Positions 23,687 to 37,818 of a stretch of DNA of 64,000 bases are shown in pieces (the stretch's first letter is position 1; each line of letters opens with the position of its first letter). The DNA is from Trichosphaerium sp. ATCC 40318. Lineage: Eukaryota; Protista; Tubulinea. The notes below the pieces were generated by a model, which was not told the origin of the DNA, did no database searches, and saw only the letters and a program-made list of their open reading frames with translations. A program made the translations under genes and the position numbers. The stretch is taken from NCBI GenBank assembly GCA_038496445.1, contig JALMLS010000330.1:90274-154273 (forward strand). Direction: 5' to 3'.

Positions 23687-25702
23687 CTAGCACTTTTTAA
23701 TCTGAGGAGTAATCATTTGCTGTAATAGATTGTGCTTCTTTTTCCATTCGTTGACGCTCCATATCAAGCCTTTTACTCTTGCCACGATAGAATAAATTCA
23801 ATGCAACTGACAAAGCGAGTACAGCAAACACTACAAAGAAAAAAAACCGTTAAGGTTTTGAAGAGAACTCACCGTGTAATCTGCGTACTTAAATACATTC
23901 CATGTTTAAAGTCATGTGGTGGTTTACTTTCTTTAAGAGCTGTCATAGCAAATATTAAAGCAATAGCAATCACATTACCCATTGCGTTCAGTAGTCCTTA
24001 AACCATTAGTAAGATGCTGGTTAACAATAATCGTTCTAGCTGTACCTGTGCTCGTTGATTCAGGGATAGGATATGTCACTTCTACGGCACTATCTAATGC
24101 TACTGGAGTGAGTGAAAGAGAAGCGAAACCAAAGCATATATGACATATAACAACAGCAACATAAACATGAGGACGTAGAACCAACCCTAACCAGATAGCG
24201 CACAATACAACTCTACATGGAAAAGTATGTACAAAAAAACCAAAATACACTTTTGAGACGTACAGAATGGCACCGATTCTTAGCATGAGTATATACCGTC
24301 GGAATATATCAATAAGAACACCAGATACTATAATACCTATTAAACCAGAGACAATAAAACTTGCTCCAAGAAGTCCAATGTAAACCTAGTTTTGTTGCTT
24401 AGTTTTTGGTTGCCTTTGTAATTATTGATTTAGTTCGTACGTCACTAACACCAAATGGTTTCCATACACTATTTATTACTGTCAAATACCCTATTAGTGA
24501 TCCATAGGCTAAACTATAACCAAAAAGAAGAATGACATAATTAATTTCTTTAAGACAACCCCACACATCCTGAAAAAAGCTATTTCCCTCAAGCTGTTGT
24601 GGCTGAGATGCTGCATAACTTGGTGGAGTAGGTGGTTTGCTCTGTACTGCACATAAACATAATATACCCGAAAAAGTACCAAGCAAAGCTTCAATGAGAA
24701 GAACCAAAGGAATATCAAAGCCTTCGGAGAGTCAGAAAATTATTACTAAGAAAAATCTAAATACAAATCTACTAAAAAAGATTGCCTGTTTTGACGATCA
24801 ATGGGACCAATCCAGAACCAGCGGCATTGCCTAGAATATTGGATACTACACCTAATGCTAGTGCTATACCACGTTCCTTTTCTCCGAACCAATTAAAAGC
24901 CAATAGAGAGATAGTATTCATGCCAATAAACGGCTGTACAATGCCGGCTATACTTTGACCTTCAAAAAAACGGATTTAATATTTTCCGAAGATGCACGCG
25001 ACATACCGACAAAAGAAATCCAAAATTTTCCTCTCATAGACACAGGAATAAAATCCGGCAAGTAGCGAATCCAACCACTTACAATAAGAGCAATACCACC
25101 AATGCGTACCTAAAACAAAAATCATTTAAATAACATTGCAGTTCAAATCGTTCAATTCTTCACTTTTTTTCGAACTGTGTCACGTGATTGACGAACAGTT
25201 GAGTTTGGATTTTTTATGTTTGCGATCAAATTAGTGCACATACTATTGTTTTAAACCCGTAAAACTTGAGTAGATATGATACAAGCAAAGTTGCAGGGAA
25301 AAAGATGATCATCAAGGCTTGATCTATAAAATGTCAAAGGTGTTATCGCGTGTCATTTACAAGACAACTTAGTGGCCTCGTGTCCATACGTACTCATCAA
25401 ATTAACCTCAAATATGCTTATTCTAAGATATTTAGATTTAGAAGTTTACTCAAATAAAATAGGCGTACTTGTAGTAGTCTTGTACTATATCTGCGATTGG
25501 CGCGTATGTCATTTGGTACATCGACGGGAGAAATGTAGCTAAGGCGAATATGGCTAACATCACCCAACGACGCTTGTATCGTTTATATTTAGGCGATGGT
25601 GTACCTATCAGAGGCATTTGCGCCTCAACATTCTCTTCCTATCTTAATTTAGCAAATGCGTAGCCAATGAAAATTTCCTATTGGTACTTGTATTGATGTC
25701 AT
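23687..25702 (-). CDS. MFS transporter, SLC49/FLVCR-like
   Basis: RYKRRWVMLAIFAL, GQSIAGIVQPF..NWFGEKERGIA, SKPPTPPSYAA, AVEVTYPIPESTSTG; many hydrophobic exons. Confidence 0.85.
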
Positions 25703-25815
25703 TTATGTGCCGTTTAGGTTGTACCGGCAGTTTAAAATTAAGTTAAAAGACTAGAGTTGACTAACAATATTCAGAACGCATAAGATCAACCAAACGCGAT
25801 CGCTATGTAGTAGAG

Positions 25816-28800
25816 ATGAGTATTGTCACTATCTTAGCGTGTATATGCCTATTTTTAATATACTCTGAGTGTGTTGTAATACATAGACTTCAAATAGCAC
25901 CAAGAGAGGGTAGTGATGACTTTAACTATAACGTACGTCAACTCTCCGTGCTTCAATTTACGACAAACCTTTGTACTTCTTTTTAATAGCGTAATACGCC
26001 ATATGCCATTAACGCGGCGCCTCTAATACATTGTATTAGTTTAATGACGGCGAAACGGGAACACTTGTGTGTTCAGAAAGGAGCATATCACTAGCCGATC
26101 CAATCAATACTACAGTAGCGTAAATCTCTGGCTTTTTTTGTAATTCTTACCTAATAAAGGTTTTTCCGGTTCGATACGCTTGCTTTATCAGCGAGTGCTA
26201 TGGTGACTAGTGCACGCATACGTTTCACATCAACAAAATACGACAGCAATCCTATTAAGCTCTTTCTTCATGTTAGCGCTGTAGGTACGTTCTAATACCA
26301 TTATTTACGCGTAAGCAAGTATTCATTAATCAATATAGGAAAGATATTTCCAAAATCGCTGTTTCAATGCGCTGAGTTGCCAACCCAAGCCGATCCAAAG
26401 TCTCATATCCTTGAGCAGCTTTACGAGTACGTAATCACACGTGGTGAAAAAGTAAGTTGTTACTTTTGAATAGAAATGCGGTTGTGTGGTCTATAGACCA
26501 GCCATGGCAACAAAACGGTAAATATGATAGCGTTGACTTGTCAATGCGTATAAATGAAGTGATTGGTACTAGTCAAATAAGTTTTTGTATTTTTGTTCTT
26601 TGTGATCGTGATGACTTTCTTTTATCCTGTGCTTCCTACTCGTAAAAGTATGCTAAATATATTAGGAGATATACAAGGCAGCACAGGATTAGATATAGGC
26701 GTGATAATGGAGGAATCTTCAAGTACCACTTTATTATATTGAAGTTTTCTCGTTTTTTTCTTATGTATTTTTATAGGTGGTTCACGAACAGTTTTTTCGT
26801 ATGAAGCGTCTGAAGATAATAAAGGAAATACGCCTGTACAATTATTTATAGGTTAGCCAACATAACTTACTTACAAACATCACTAACGTATAAAACTTTT
26901 CTCTTACTTTGTTTAATCAAGATTACTACACTCAAAACGATGTAACAGAACCTCCTACGACGGCCTCTCCTCCTGATTTTCCAAGACCAGTACCTACAGT
27001 TCCTGAAATACCTTTGAGTGGCGGTAACAGTTGTTTGCTTAAAATATTACGTGTATAACTAAACTCTTTGCTAGGCAAAACAGGAAAACTAACAACATTC
27101 CTTGATAGCAGTCTTTCACAGTCTTCTACAAAATTTAAAATTGGGCAAACCGTGTATGCCCAGCTAGTCGATACGTCAGTACAGGAATTGAGGGTAGTAG
27201 GAGTACGTTTTGTTCATTTCAATCGCTGGCTAAACTTGCCTGTAAGGTTATCGTTGATGGAAGCTTTTTGTCTGATATGTCTGTTACAATTAACAGGATT
27301 TTCAACACCATTGCTTCTCTACAATTTCCATTAGAAGTTACTGACGTTACGAAACGTCAACTGAGACAACAATGTGATAACATAGTTGTCTCTGTAATCT
27401 ATAATGATGCTTCGACTTCAAATAAAAACTTGATGGCTTCAACAAACCTTACAGATGGTACAAAACCTCACTCACAAGATTAATGAAACTGAAGAAAGTA
27501 CTAATATTATTGTAGAAGCGTGTAGTGAGCTACCATCGATAATAGTTGCAACTCCCAGTGGAAGATCTAGCAATTGTGCGATACTGGCTTATTTCGGTTT
27601 TTCTTATTTCTTTTCCCAGTTATGGTAGTGATTATTGGAGCTGTTGCTGGTTTTGTGGTTTTGATACTTGTTATTGGGTCAATCGTTGGTGGTGTCGTTT
27701 TGTATAAAAGACGTAGAAATAAATATGAGAGTGCTCCAGTAATAGACAATGGTACTCTATTGGAGCCTCTTTCCGGAACTCTTTTGTTTCAATTAGAGCA
27801 GGTACTTCCTTAATAACATTCTCAATGTTTAATCAAAACCTTTGGCTAACCACTAAGGCCATGAAAGGACGCATTGTTCTTTTTTGTTTTCTACTATCTG
27901 ATCGTTTTTTCGCTTGTTCTAATTTTGCTTGTAGATCATCGTTGAGAACTCTGACTTTGTTGAACGTTTGAGCACTTGCGTTAATAGTAAACTGAACGAG
28001 ACGTTTGCTAAAGCAATTGTCATAATACATGAACATAATCGGTTAACATTTGATATGATTCGTCCTCATATAATAAAGGAAGTATATACTTGTAGTACGC
28101 TTTGCTCTCTTATAGCTACCTCATTTGCTTATAACCTACTACACTAGCTCAAATTACAACGTTCATGCGGGGAAACACCTTTCTAACGAAAGTAATGCAA
28201 GCTTTTGCTGCCATTAGTGGTCATAGCTTTGTAAAGGAGCACTTTGGTCCTCTTATGTGTGAAATATTCGACGAAAACGCTTGCTATGAAGTACGTGTTT
28301 TATCACGTGATTAGAAACTAACTGTTATCTAATAGGTAGACCCTGAAAGGCTTCGAAAAGGAGAAAATCTTGAAGATAATAAACGTCGTTTACGACGGCG
28401 TACAAATCAGTTTATTGAAATTATCATAAAGTCAGTAGATGAGATACCGGAGTAAGTAGTAACATACAGCTACTTTCTTCCGGAATAGCGGAGAAGATTA
28501 CGACGAAAAACTTTTTTTTCAGAATATAACTCATTTTCTCTTTTTCTATCGTGGAACTTAAGAAAGATTTAAGAAACTAATTAAGTGCCACTATGCGTTA
28601 CATTGTTAATATTTTTTGATAATCATGTTTATTTTAAGGTCTATCCGTCGAATGTGTTATATGCTTGTACAGGAAGTATCTACAAAATTCCCTAAAGAAA
28701 GTATACAACCTACACTAGCAGGATTTATATTTTTAAGATGGATTCTTCCTGTGCTATCTAGACCTCATGTTATATTATTTGATGTGGCCCCTGAGTCTAT

Positions 28801-29676
28801 ATCATATCACCAAGGTACTAAACTACAAATGTAAACGTTGGTAGTGCCAGAAAAGCATAAAGACAAAATTATTTACTGGGTTTTTTTTTAGAGGAGTCAA
28901 CTCCAAACGCTGATCGTGCATGTTTGCTTATTGCAAAGATAATGCAAAATATGGCTACAGGGCGTAAGTTTCTAGAACCTTACATGATTACTTTCAATGA
29001 TATGATTGATAATCAAGCTCAAAGGTTAACGACGTTCTTCAAGTTGTTACCATTATCAGTAAGTTCTTGTTTGTGTCAGTTCTTGTTTTACTGACTTTGG
29101 TTTTCAAGGGCCCAAGGGCGTCTTTCATGACTATAGATAAACACGTTGTCATTGCTTGTACAGAGATTATACATCACGTCACTAATGAAGTCTGCTATGA
29201 CGTATGTTTGAATTTTTGTGATTTTTTGAAAAAAGTTGTGTTTATCCTTACTGAGTACAACCCTATAAACACGTTTATGGCACTAATACTTTTAAAAAAC
29301 ATTATTGCCAAGCAGGTCTATATATTTAACTTATAATATGCCGCCCTTTACTTCATAGCGTAGTTTCGTTGGCTAAAAGTTATTGTTTTTCTGAATCTTT
29401 TTTTTGTTGAAATATCTTCATCTGAACGCTAATTCTCTTCTTTCTTAGGCGAAACTTGACGAACAAACTTACTGGAGGGATTTAAGAAATATACTTGCTC
29501 AGCTTGGACCACCAAAATGTAGCTTTGACAAGCTTGCTAAGATATCAAAAATGAATATTGTCTCAGAAGAAGCAAAGGAAATATTGAGATTGACAAAAAA
29601 AAAAGAATTTAGGAATTTGACCTACAGTAAGCCTCAATACTCAACTCCACCCGGTTCATTGTATGTATTGAACTAA
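25816..29676 (+). CDS. Type I membrane protein with cytoplasmic RasGAP domain
   Basis: Signal peptide MSIVTILACICLFLIYSEC; beta-rich ectodomain; P/T linker; TM VIIGAVAGFVVLILVIGSIVGGVVLY-KRRR; RasGAP motifs TFMRGNT, YEVDPERL, GFIFLRWILP, LIAKIMQNMA. Confidence 0.82.
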
Positions 29677-30416
29677 TGAGTAAAGAAATGTACAACGTAA
29701 AAAGACTTCCACTTGAAAACATAAGAAGAATTACCTCATAAAGTGTAAACTAAAAAAAAATGTATCAAACAAACAATTGACTCTTTTCTCACTTTACTTC
29801 AAACTGCATTCTTTACATTGAGGCGACATAATCTTACATAAGAGAGTTATTTTAATATTTCAGCCAAAACAGACTAGTCGGATACATGCCAGGAAGCTCT
29901 ACTAGTCAAAACTGTAAGGCCACATATCTATTTTTGAGCCCTGTTGTTTAGTGTACTACACATACATTTACCATGGATTTCGTAGTGTTATTCAGGGATC
30001 CGTGAAAAGAACATGCAGAGGGATTACGTTTTTTAGAGATAACACGTGAATGATGGTTCACAGAAATTCCGCAAACGCATTTTCTCCCGAAGACAAATCA
30101 GAAACGCCACGTATGTTAATTCTTTACTCTAACGTGTTAGGCTACCGTTGAGTTTGAAGTACTTCCACAAGTACTCCTCTTCCCTATCAGTGTGAGTGCC
30201 ATCTGGATACATGGCTGAAATTAGCACATCGTGTACTGAATACAACATTTTAACTACAAAATAGACTCGCAGTAGGGTTAAAGTAATACGCCTAGCCTCT
30301 TTGAAAATAAGTATTACATCCCCCATGGTGCTTTTGGTATTACTCTAATAGCTCCGTGGATTTGGGAGAATCGTAGTACTTGTGAACAATGAACATTCAG
30401 CTCAAACCATTAAACC

Positions 30417-31661
30417 ATGAAGCAGCTCTTCTCCGTCTTTGTAATTCTGTTTGTTTCCTTCTTTACGACTTTCTCAAGCTACACCACACGCGATACAGAA
30501 GTACTTGAATGCTCTCGTGTTCCTTTCCCTTATAATCCTTCCGGAGTTAAACATATAGCCGCATCACCAAATGGCACGTGGGCTATAGCAAACGACAATA
30601 CAATACACTTGTTAAAAGACGATGGAACTTGGATGATTGTTTACGGAGGCCTGCAAAACATTAATGTGTCGCCTTTTGGAAATGACATATATGTTATTGG
30701 CATCAACAAATTCAGTCATATCTGGCAAAGACATGGTGTTACGGTACGCTACATTTTTATTTGTGACTATTGTTTGTTTTCTCACTTTCTTCTCTTAGCC
30801 ACAACTACCTCAGGGTTCGTCTTGGTCGAAAATTGAAGGAGGACTTCGTTCATTATCTCTGAGGAACGATGGCAAATTTTGGGGTGTAAATCCATCCGAT
30901 ATTGTGTATTTTCATGATGGTACTCGCTGGATTCAGGTATGTCTTTGTAGAAACTGTTCTTACTTACTTGAACCTAGCACCCCGAACGTAACATGCTTGA
31001 GGTTACTGTAGATAAAAGCAATGAAGTTTATGGCCTTACAAGGAATGGAGACTTATATCGTCGTCAGGATTACGTTGGAAGTTGGGATCTTGTTAAATCA
31101 CAGCTAGAAGCTCGAGGTATACGAATTTGTAACGATGTTATTTGGGGTGTAGGAAATACCGGAGCTCTTTCTAGAATTAACACAAGCCAAGACCCTCAGC
31201 ACATAACATCGTTTTCATTTACAACGAAAGGTGTAAGCGGAGCACCAAGCACTGTTATTTCTCAGGTCAGCTGTAACCAAGCAGAAGAATTTCCTTGGTT
31301 CGTTTCTGGAGGCGTAATTTATAATCAATGTACAGTAGTACCACAACCAACGGTATCGCCAACGCTACCACCGACAACTACAGCACCAACACCTTCGCCT
31401 ACAACAACTCCGACAGCAAGTAGCCCAATATCGTTGCCAGTAGTCAAACCGGTGACACCAAAGAATCCACCTTCATATAAAGCAGTGAAGCCAGTGCATC
31501 CACAAATTCCTCCTTCATACAAAGCAGTGAAACCAGTACACCCAATACTTCCACCTTCGTATAAAGCAGTGAAGCCAGTGCATCCTCAAATTCCTCCTTC
31601 ATACAAAGCAGTGAAACCAGTGCACCCGCCACCATCAAAACTGGTTTACCCAAGGCCATAA
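30417..31661 (+). CDS. Secreted tectonin-like beta-propeller lectin with T/P linker and Pro-Tyr-Lys repeats
   Basis: Signal peptide; WMIVYGGLQNINVS..VIGIN and WSKIEGGLRSLSLRNDGKFWGVN blades; two introns; C-terminal repeats. Confidence 0.75.
31467..31634 (+). repeat. 42-nt x4 coding tandem repeat (PPSYKAVKPVHPQI)
   Basis: Seen directly; synonymous patterns alternate (unit 1 like 3, unit 2 like 4), implying duplication of an 84-nt dimer. Confidence 0.92.
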
Positions 31662-32100
31662 TTGTCCAAAATAAAACTCAATTAGATAAGACACCAAGTT
31701 AAACTTTTGCCTTTTACTGATACTGTTTTTCGTCTGATGCAGTCAATTTGATCTCAAACAGCAGGAAATTTTCCAGTCTGTACGCATGTTGATTCAACCT
31801 AAACAGTGCTTTGGAATACCTTGAAATCATTGCTGTGCAATTATATTGGTGGGAAATAAAAGGTACTAATTGTGAAATAAAAACAACAAACAGGTACAAT
31901 TTAAGTAGTAGGTAAACAACTGTCACTTTTTATGCCTAATTCAACTTCACTATTGTTGTAGCCAGTATTGAGACTGCCGACTAAAGTAATTTGTTTTACG
32001 TACGCATGTAGTCATAGTTTAATAGTACAGAAATAGTGTGCTTTGAAGTAGTATTTAATTACTTGGCACGTGCTAATTAGCTTAGTGTACAGTAACAATT

Positions 32101-34349
32101 CTACGCTTTTACATAAGACTGAAATTCGCTACCAGCTTCCTCGTATACTATGTTATCTATTTTCCCAGAGAAACTTACGTTATCGCCAACAACTTGTCCA
32201 TGTACCTCCAATGCTTTTGGTAAATGAAATCCCAAATCTCCAAAAATACCTTCAACCTCAGAACAAAGCTCCTCTATTTTACTGATCGTATCAACTGTTT
32301 TCTTTTGTGTTTGTTCACCCTCATTATCGGCTAAGTCCTCCTTTTGGTTTTCTGTCAAAGGAGTATATTTCAAAGCCCTCATAGTCGTGTGTTTCTTGTC
32401 ATTTTTTCTAAGTTCCATTGCAACCTTTTTACCGAATGCTATTGAATCATGAACAATAGAATCAGTTACCTTAACATAGTAGGATTAGTAACACAGCTAC
32501 TTGTTTGATGCACGTACTCTTAGCACTGGAATAAGGTCACCTCCGACCATCTTTCTGTTTGATTTTCTTTCTAAAGATAAAACGTGCTTCATCATATCTT
32601 CGTTTGTTGAAAAAAGCATCTGTCTTCCAGCTGAAGAATACATAAAGCCAATGTAAAATACACCAGCCTGCTTAAAATCAAAAGTGTACATATCCACAAA
32701 ACCTAATTGTGAAACAAAATTAGTACTCAATCATAATCTTTTTTAAGTTCCTGCCTCACTCACGTGATAAAATTGATTGATCATCTTCTTGAATAAGCTT
32801 TCGGGTAATTGAAGCTCCCATTTTACCAACGTAGTTAGCTAACCGCGCAATATTTAATGCTCCTTTCGCTAAAGCGGCATGCTTTAAATTAACAGTTACT
32901 ATAGCTGGGATACCCTATGAAGAAGGTAAGTTAAATGATATGTTCAATTCAAAGTAAAGCTACAAGAAAAGAGCCATTTAAATTGCAAAAGCATTGTACC
33001 TTCAACGCTGCAATCCCAAATTTGTTGTCAGAAAACTGCGGGCTCATAAAATCAAATAAGTTTAGTAACCGTCTCTCTTTTTCTTTACTCATCCCACAAT
33101 CACCATATACTCCAACTGTTGCATGGCTACCAATACCAAGAAGACTCAATAACATCTGAGCCTTGAACCATCTTGAAATATGCCAAAAAGGCTTATCCTT
33201 AAAAGAGGACTTAAGAACTGCGTTTAATCCATCATACACTAAGAACCACGGTAGCGTCAAGAACAATGACGAACCATAGAATATCTAAACAAGGTTAGTA
33301 GCTATAAAGAGTTGTAAAAGGAGTATAAGACAACGAACCTTGTCAGGTACTTTCATATTAATTTGTGTACACTTAAACTGCACGTTTAAGTCTCCTTCAA
33401 AATCTGTTTTACCATTGTACCTAAGAGACCCATTTGCTTTCACAGGTCCTTCGACATTGAAAGAAAATAAATCTACACTGTCTAAAGATTTTGTCGCTCT
33501 TGACTTTGTTTCTGTAGTGTCCAACTCTTCAGCTGGAATTTTCTCTGAGTGTGGGATTCGAAGTCTAACAAAAGTAAGAACACGTGTTTTTCGAGGTTGA
33601 CGCACAATATCTTGCCGTTTTCTGTTGCGATTTTACTCTTTACTGCATTCTCTATTATCTCCCATCTCTTTTTATCCCCTTCAGATGGACCACCTTGAGG
33701 ATGTTGCCATATTGTCGTGTAACTTTTTGCAGGCTTTTTTTGAAAATACGCAAATACACCTGTTTCACCACGTGACATTATAGAGAGTGTATTGTCCACC
33801 CATTCCTGCACTATATTTATACCTGTTGAAACATCTTTTTCTCTCTTTTCTACAAGTTCTTTTTGTTTCTCTGTTGATTCTTCTTTGTTCCAACCAAAAT
33901 CTACAACAGAAGAAAATTCAGTGTTTTTTGCAAATATTTGAAGAAAAAAAATGAAGTTCGCTGGCTCTTACAGTCCTCCAAAGCACTGATATTAATAATA
34001 AACGCTTTAACACGCTTCCAAAACTCATTTTTTGACAGTGCAAGTTGTAAATAGCCTGTACATCGTGGATGCGGTCCATTTACAGCTATTTTTAAGTGGT
34101 TACCGAAATCTTTACCAACAGCGTTCCTACGTTGATTATTACTCGTGTTTTCTTCCAAATCGTACCTTTTTTTAATGTCTTCCACTGTCAGTTGTGTTGC
34201 ATATTGTTTGTACCGTCTTCGGGCAACTGTAGTAGTTTTGCGTCGGTTCTATGGTTTTGATTAGTGTTTTCGTTAATTAGCGTAAAATAACACTAAATAG
34301 CTATATTTACGCGTACAGCGAACGTTTTTAGGCCTCTTGACCTTATCAT
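32101..34349 (-). CDS. Hypothetical protein with mitochondrial-presequence-like N-terminus (multi-exon)
   Basis: MIRSRGLKTFA|NRRKTTTVARRRYKQYA...; consecutive minus-strand ORFs joined by short introns; no family recognised. Confidence 0.55.
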
Positions 34350-34653
34350 TGTTTATTACTACTTTTGTATTAAACTGAGTTTATCTTGGCCTGACTTAAC
34401 CTAGTTTTACGTGAAGGCATGAGTTCACGTGTAAATTAGAACTCGGTTTTACTCAGTGTAAAATAGAATTATATAGGAGAGTAATTCTTTTTGGAAGGTT
34501 TCGTTATTGTGTTAACAGAAGCAGAGAACAACTTCAAATACAAAGTTGGTAAGTTTGTACACATTGTGCTTGTTGACCACATACTCTAACTTTGTTTATT
34601 GCTGATAGTAAGTATTACTTTGCAGCAAATGGACTGTCTTAGTTATTATTGTT

Positions 34654-35336
34654 TCAAAGTTTCCTATCGTTGATATAAATTCCCTCATCGAGTAATGTAC
34701 CATCACTGCTCCATTCCTTGTAAACACCCTCTCGCTTATCGTTGATATAATGGCACTGCTCCTTCATATTGCCGTTTTGATGCCAAGACCTGTGTTCTCC
34801 TTCTATTTTATCTTTGAGATAATAATACTTCTCAAACAACACACCGTGTTGGTACCAGTACCTAGCTTCGCCCTCTTTCTTACCATTGACATAAAAGAAA
34901 TGCTTCCATATTTGATCCGTGTTGTAATACCATTGCTTGAACTCTCCTTCTCGCTTACCCCTTACATAGTGACAGTGCTCAAGCAAATAGCCGTTTTTAT
35001 TCCACTGTTTTCGCTCTCCTTCAAGCTTACCTTTTGAATAATAGCTCTTCAGCCAAAGAACACCATTTTTGTGATAACTCTTTCGCTCTCCATCAAGTTT
35101 ACCATCAATAGACATTGCTGCTGAAGTTTACCAAACTTGTGTTTAACCCATTTTCCTCGTTTGTCAAGCTTAGAATCATATCTTGTGTTGGTTGCTGCGT
35201 ATTTAGATACAAGTGGTAGTTTTAATTGCGCTTCAAAGTCCAAATCAATTAATTCAAAGAGAAGCTCAACTGGAAGGTGTAGAAGAAGACAGTCATCTAC
35301 TGTTACGGTATCACTCTGTTTTTCATCCTTGTTCAT
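34654..35336 (-). pseudogene. F-box-like + MORN2 repeat gene with frameshift
   Basis: LLHLPVELLFELIDLDFEAQLKLPLVSKYAATNTRYDSKLDKRGKW in one frame and MORN repeats in another. The switch near 35110 is not in a homopolymer and has no plausible intron. Confidence 0.7.
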
Positions 35337-35794
35337 TGTATGTTAAAACCAAGGCTTTTGTCTATTGAAGAGTAGTTTTACAATGGTTTTGGAAAGTTAT
35401 TTGACCGTCTGATTGTTTGTGACTTATTTGTCACGTGTTCACGGAACTTAAAGTAATCAATCTCTTGCCTTTTTACTGGGCGCCTATTCTCTCTGTGTTC
35501 TACATCAAAAGTAGTGTTAACTCAGTCACTACTGTCACGTACGTATGTTTAATCTTTTGTTCCGTGATAGCCGTTAAACGCCACTGGACCTTGCATAGAT
35601 AGCCTACAGCTGCTCTTTTACCAAGTTGTTATATCTCCCTAAGTATGATGTTTCCATTGGAGCACAGAGTGCTGTGAAGAATATATAAATAGCATTATTG
35701 TCTTTCTTTAAAAGACGACTGGATCGTTTGTGTTTAAGTGGGTTTGCTGTAAACTTAATCCAATTTATCGTCTCTCACTCATACGCAATAAATC

Positions 35795-37478
35795 ATGAAT
35801 TTACCTGGCGTTTCTGTACAGCAGGCACTCACATACTATAGTGAGTACCACGATGAAGTATTTCGTGAAATAATAGGAGAAAAACGCGAGATGTTCATAG
35901 AACGCCTTAAAAACACGTTAACTATTGCAAATGGATCCCTTATTAAACAACTTGATGATATTTTATTAAACCAAATGCCTAAAGTCTCAAGATGCATTGA
36001 AGACGCACCTGCGCCAAAAGATAGGCAGATAAAAAGGTACTTAGTGCTTGCATAAGAAAACAAAGTAACTTTGGTGACTAACAAATTTACTAAGGGCCCT
36101 ACCGACAAAGTACAAACCACTTAATATTTGTGAGTTCCCTCCAGAGGTTCTTTCGCACATCTTTTGTTATACAAGAGGACAAGATAGATTTTCTGTTGCT
36201 CAGTGTTGTCATTTGATGGCTGATATCATTCATCATGTTGTTGGATATGAAACTATTAGTATCTCTACTTTTTCAGACATGTTAAAGATTAGAGGATGCA
36301 AGGGTATAATGGAAAATACTGTCATAGGACTGTGTGAAAAGCTTAAGGAAGAATGTATATTTTCACTTTTGAGTGGGTGTCATAAAATCAAAAGAAATGG
36401 ACTTAATTTAACAAATCAAAGTCTTGGAGTACTTGCTGGTGTTAATTATATAGATCTTCATGGACACTATCAAATATCAGATGAAGGGCTAAAACTGCTT
36501 TCTGGTGTTAATGCGATTAACCCTTTTGGTACTGGTATTCATACAATTGACCTTAGTGAATGTGAAGGTTTTACTGACATAGGGATCAAATATCTTTCTG
36601 GTGTTCAAGAAATTAACCTTTCTTGTACTTCTGTAACAGATGAGGGTGTCAAGTCATTAGCGGGTGTGCACACCATAACCCTACAATATTGCAACTCAAT
36701 AACAGATGAAGGTGTTATAGCATTGTCTGGTGTTCATACCATAGATCTTGGTTACTGTCAAATAACGGACAGAGGGATTAAAGCACTCGCTGGCGTTCAC
36801 AAGATTAACCTTGAATTCTGTGACAGTATAACAGATGAAGGGATCAAATCACTTTCTGGTGTTCATACAATTGATCTAAGTGGTTGTGACACTATAACGA
36901 ATCAAGGTGTGAAGGCATTAGCAGGTGTTCATAAAATCCGCTTAAATGGTTGTCAAGTTACAGATGAAGGTGTAAAAGCACTCAAGGGTGTTTTTCATAT
37001 TAACCTTCTTCGCTGCAAGCACATAACAGATGAAGGTATAAAGGCACTGAATGGAGTTCATACTATCAATCTTACTGAGTGTGTACAAATAACTGATGAA
37101 GGAATCAAAGCGCTCTCTGGTGTTCATGAAATTCACCTAAACAAATGTATCCATGTGACAGATGAAGGGGTTAAATCACTTGCTGGTGTTCATACAATTT
37201 CTCTTTCTTGCTGTAAACACGTGACTGATGAAGGAATCAAAGCAATTGAAGGCGCTCATGAAATAGACATAAGCTATACTTCTGTAACAGTTAAAGGTAC
37301 CATAGCACTCAAAGGTCTTCATATCCTTACCATTGAGCCTCTAAAACACAATTGGAAATTGTTGTATGCTTCGTTTCACAAACAAAAAGCATACTATCAA
37401 GGTACAGGCCCTTCAAAATGGTACAAAAACAAAAAAAGAAGTGATAAAGCGAATATAGAAACATCATATCAATACTAG
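35795..37478 (+). CDS. Helical N-terminal domain + F-box + LRR protein (paralog of 7071-8627)
   Basis: MNLPGVSVQQALTYYSEYHDE.. matches MDCLGTSIEQALIYYCENHKDE; intron near 36038; F-box ICEFPPEVLSHIF..AQCCHLMADIIHHVVGYE; about 14 LRRs. Confidence 0.85.
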
Positions 37479-37818
37479 TTGATCAACTTTATGTCAAACA
37501 TTTATAACCACATTGTTGTGCTTGGAGTTTGGAAGAGCTTGGCAAAATATATTAAGTGGGTGCTCACTGTCAGCAGCAGGCTTAACGTACATTAAAAACA
37601 ATTCCAGAATATTTTTCTTATGTTGACTTTGCTTCCTTTTTTGTAAGTTTATATCTGCAACCAGGCCATGATCACACTCTAGTAGATGTTGGTAAATAGA
37701 AAGTGAAAAAATACTCGCTACTTAGTGAAAGTCGATGGATAATTGCAAAGTTTGAAACGTTGCTGTAGTATGGCTTAAGTGGGTAAGTCATCATTGTTTA
37801 AACAACCACACCACTACC

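Noticed and set aside
29830-30326. Possible small minus-strand gene, faintly EF-hand-like (EEEYLWKYFKLN..FLICLREKM)
   Set aside because: No complete consistent exon chain and no canonical EF loop.
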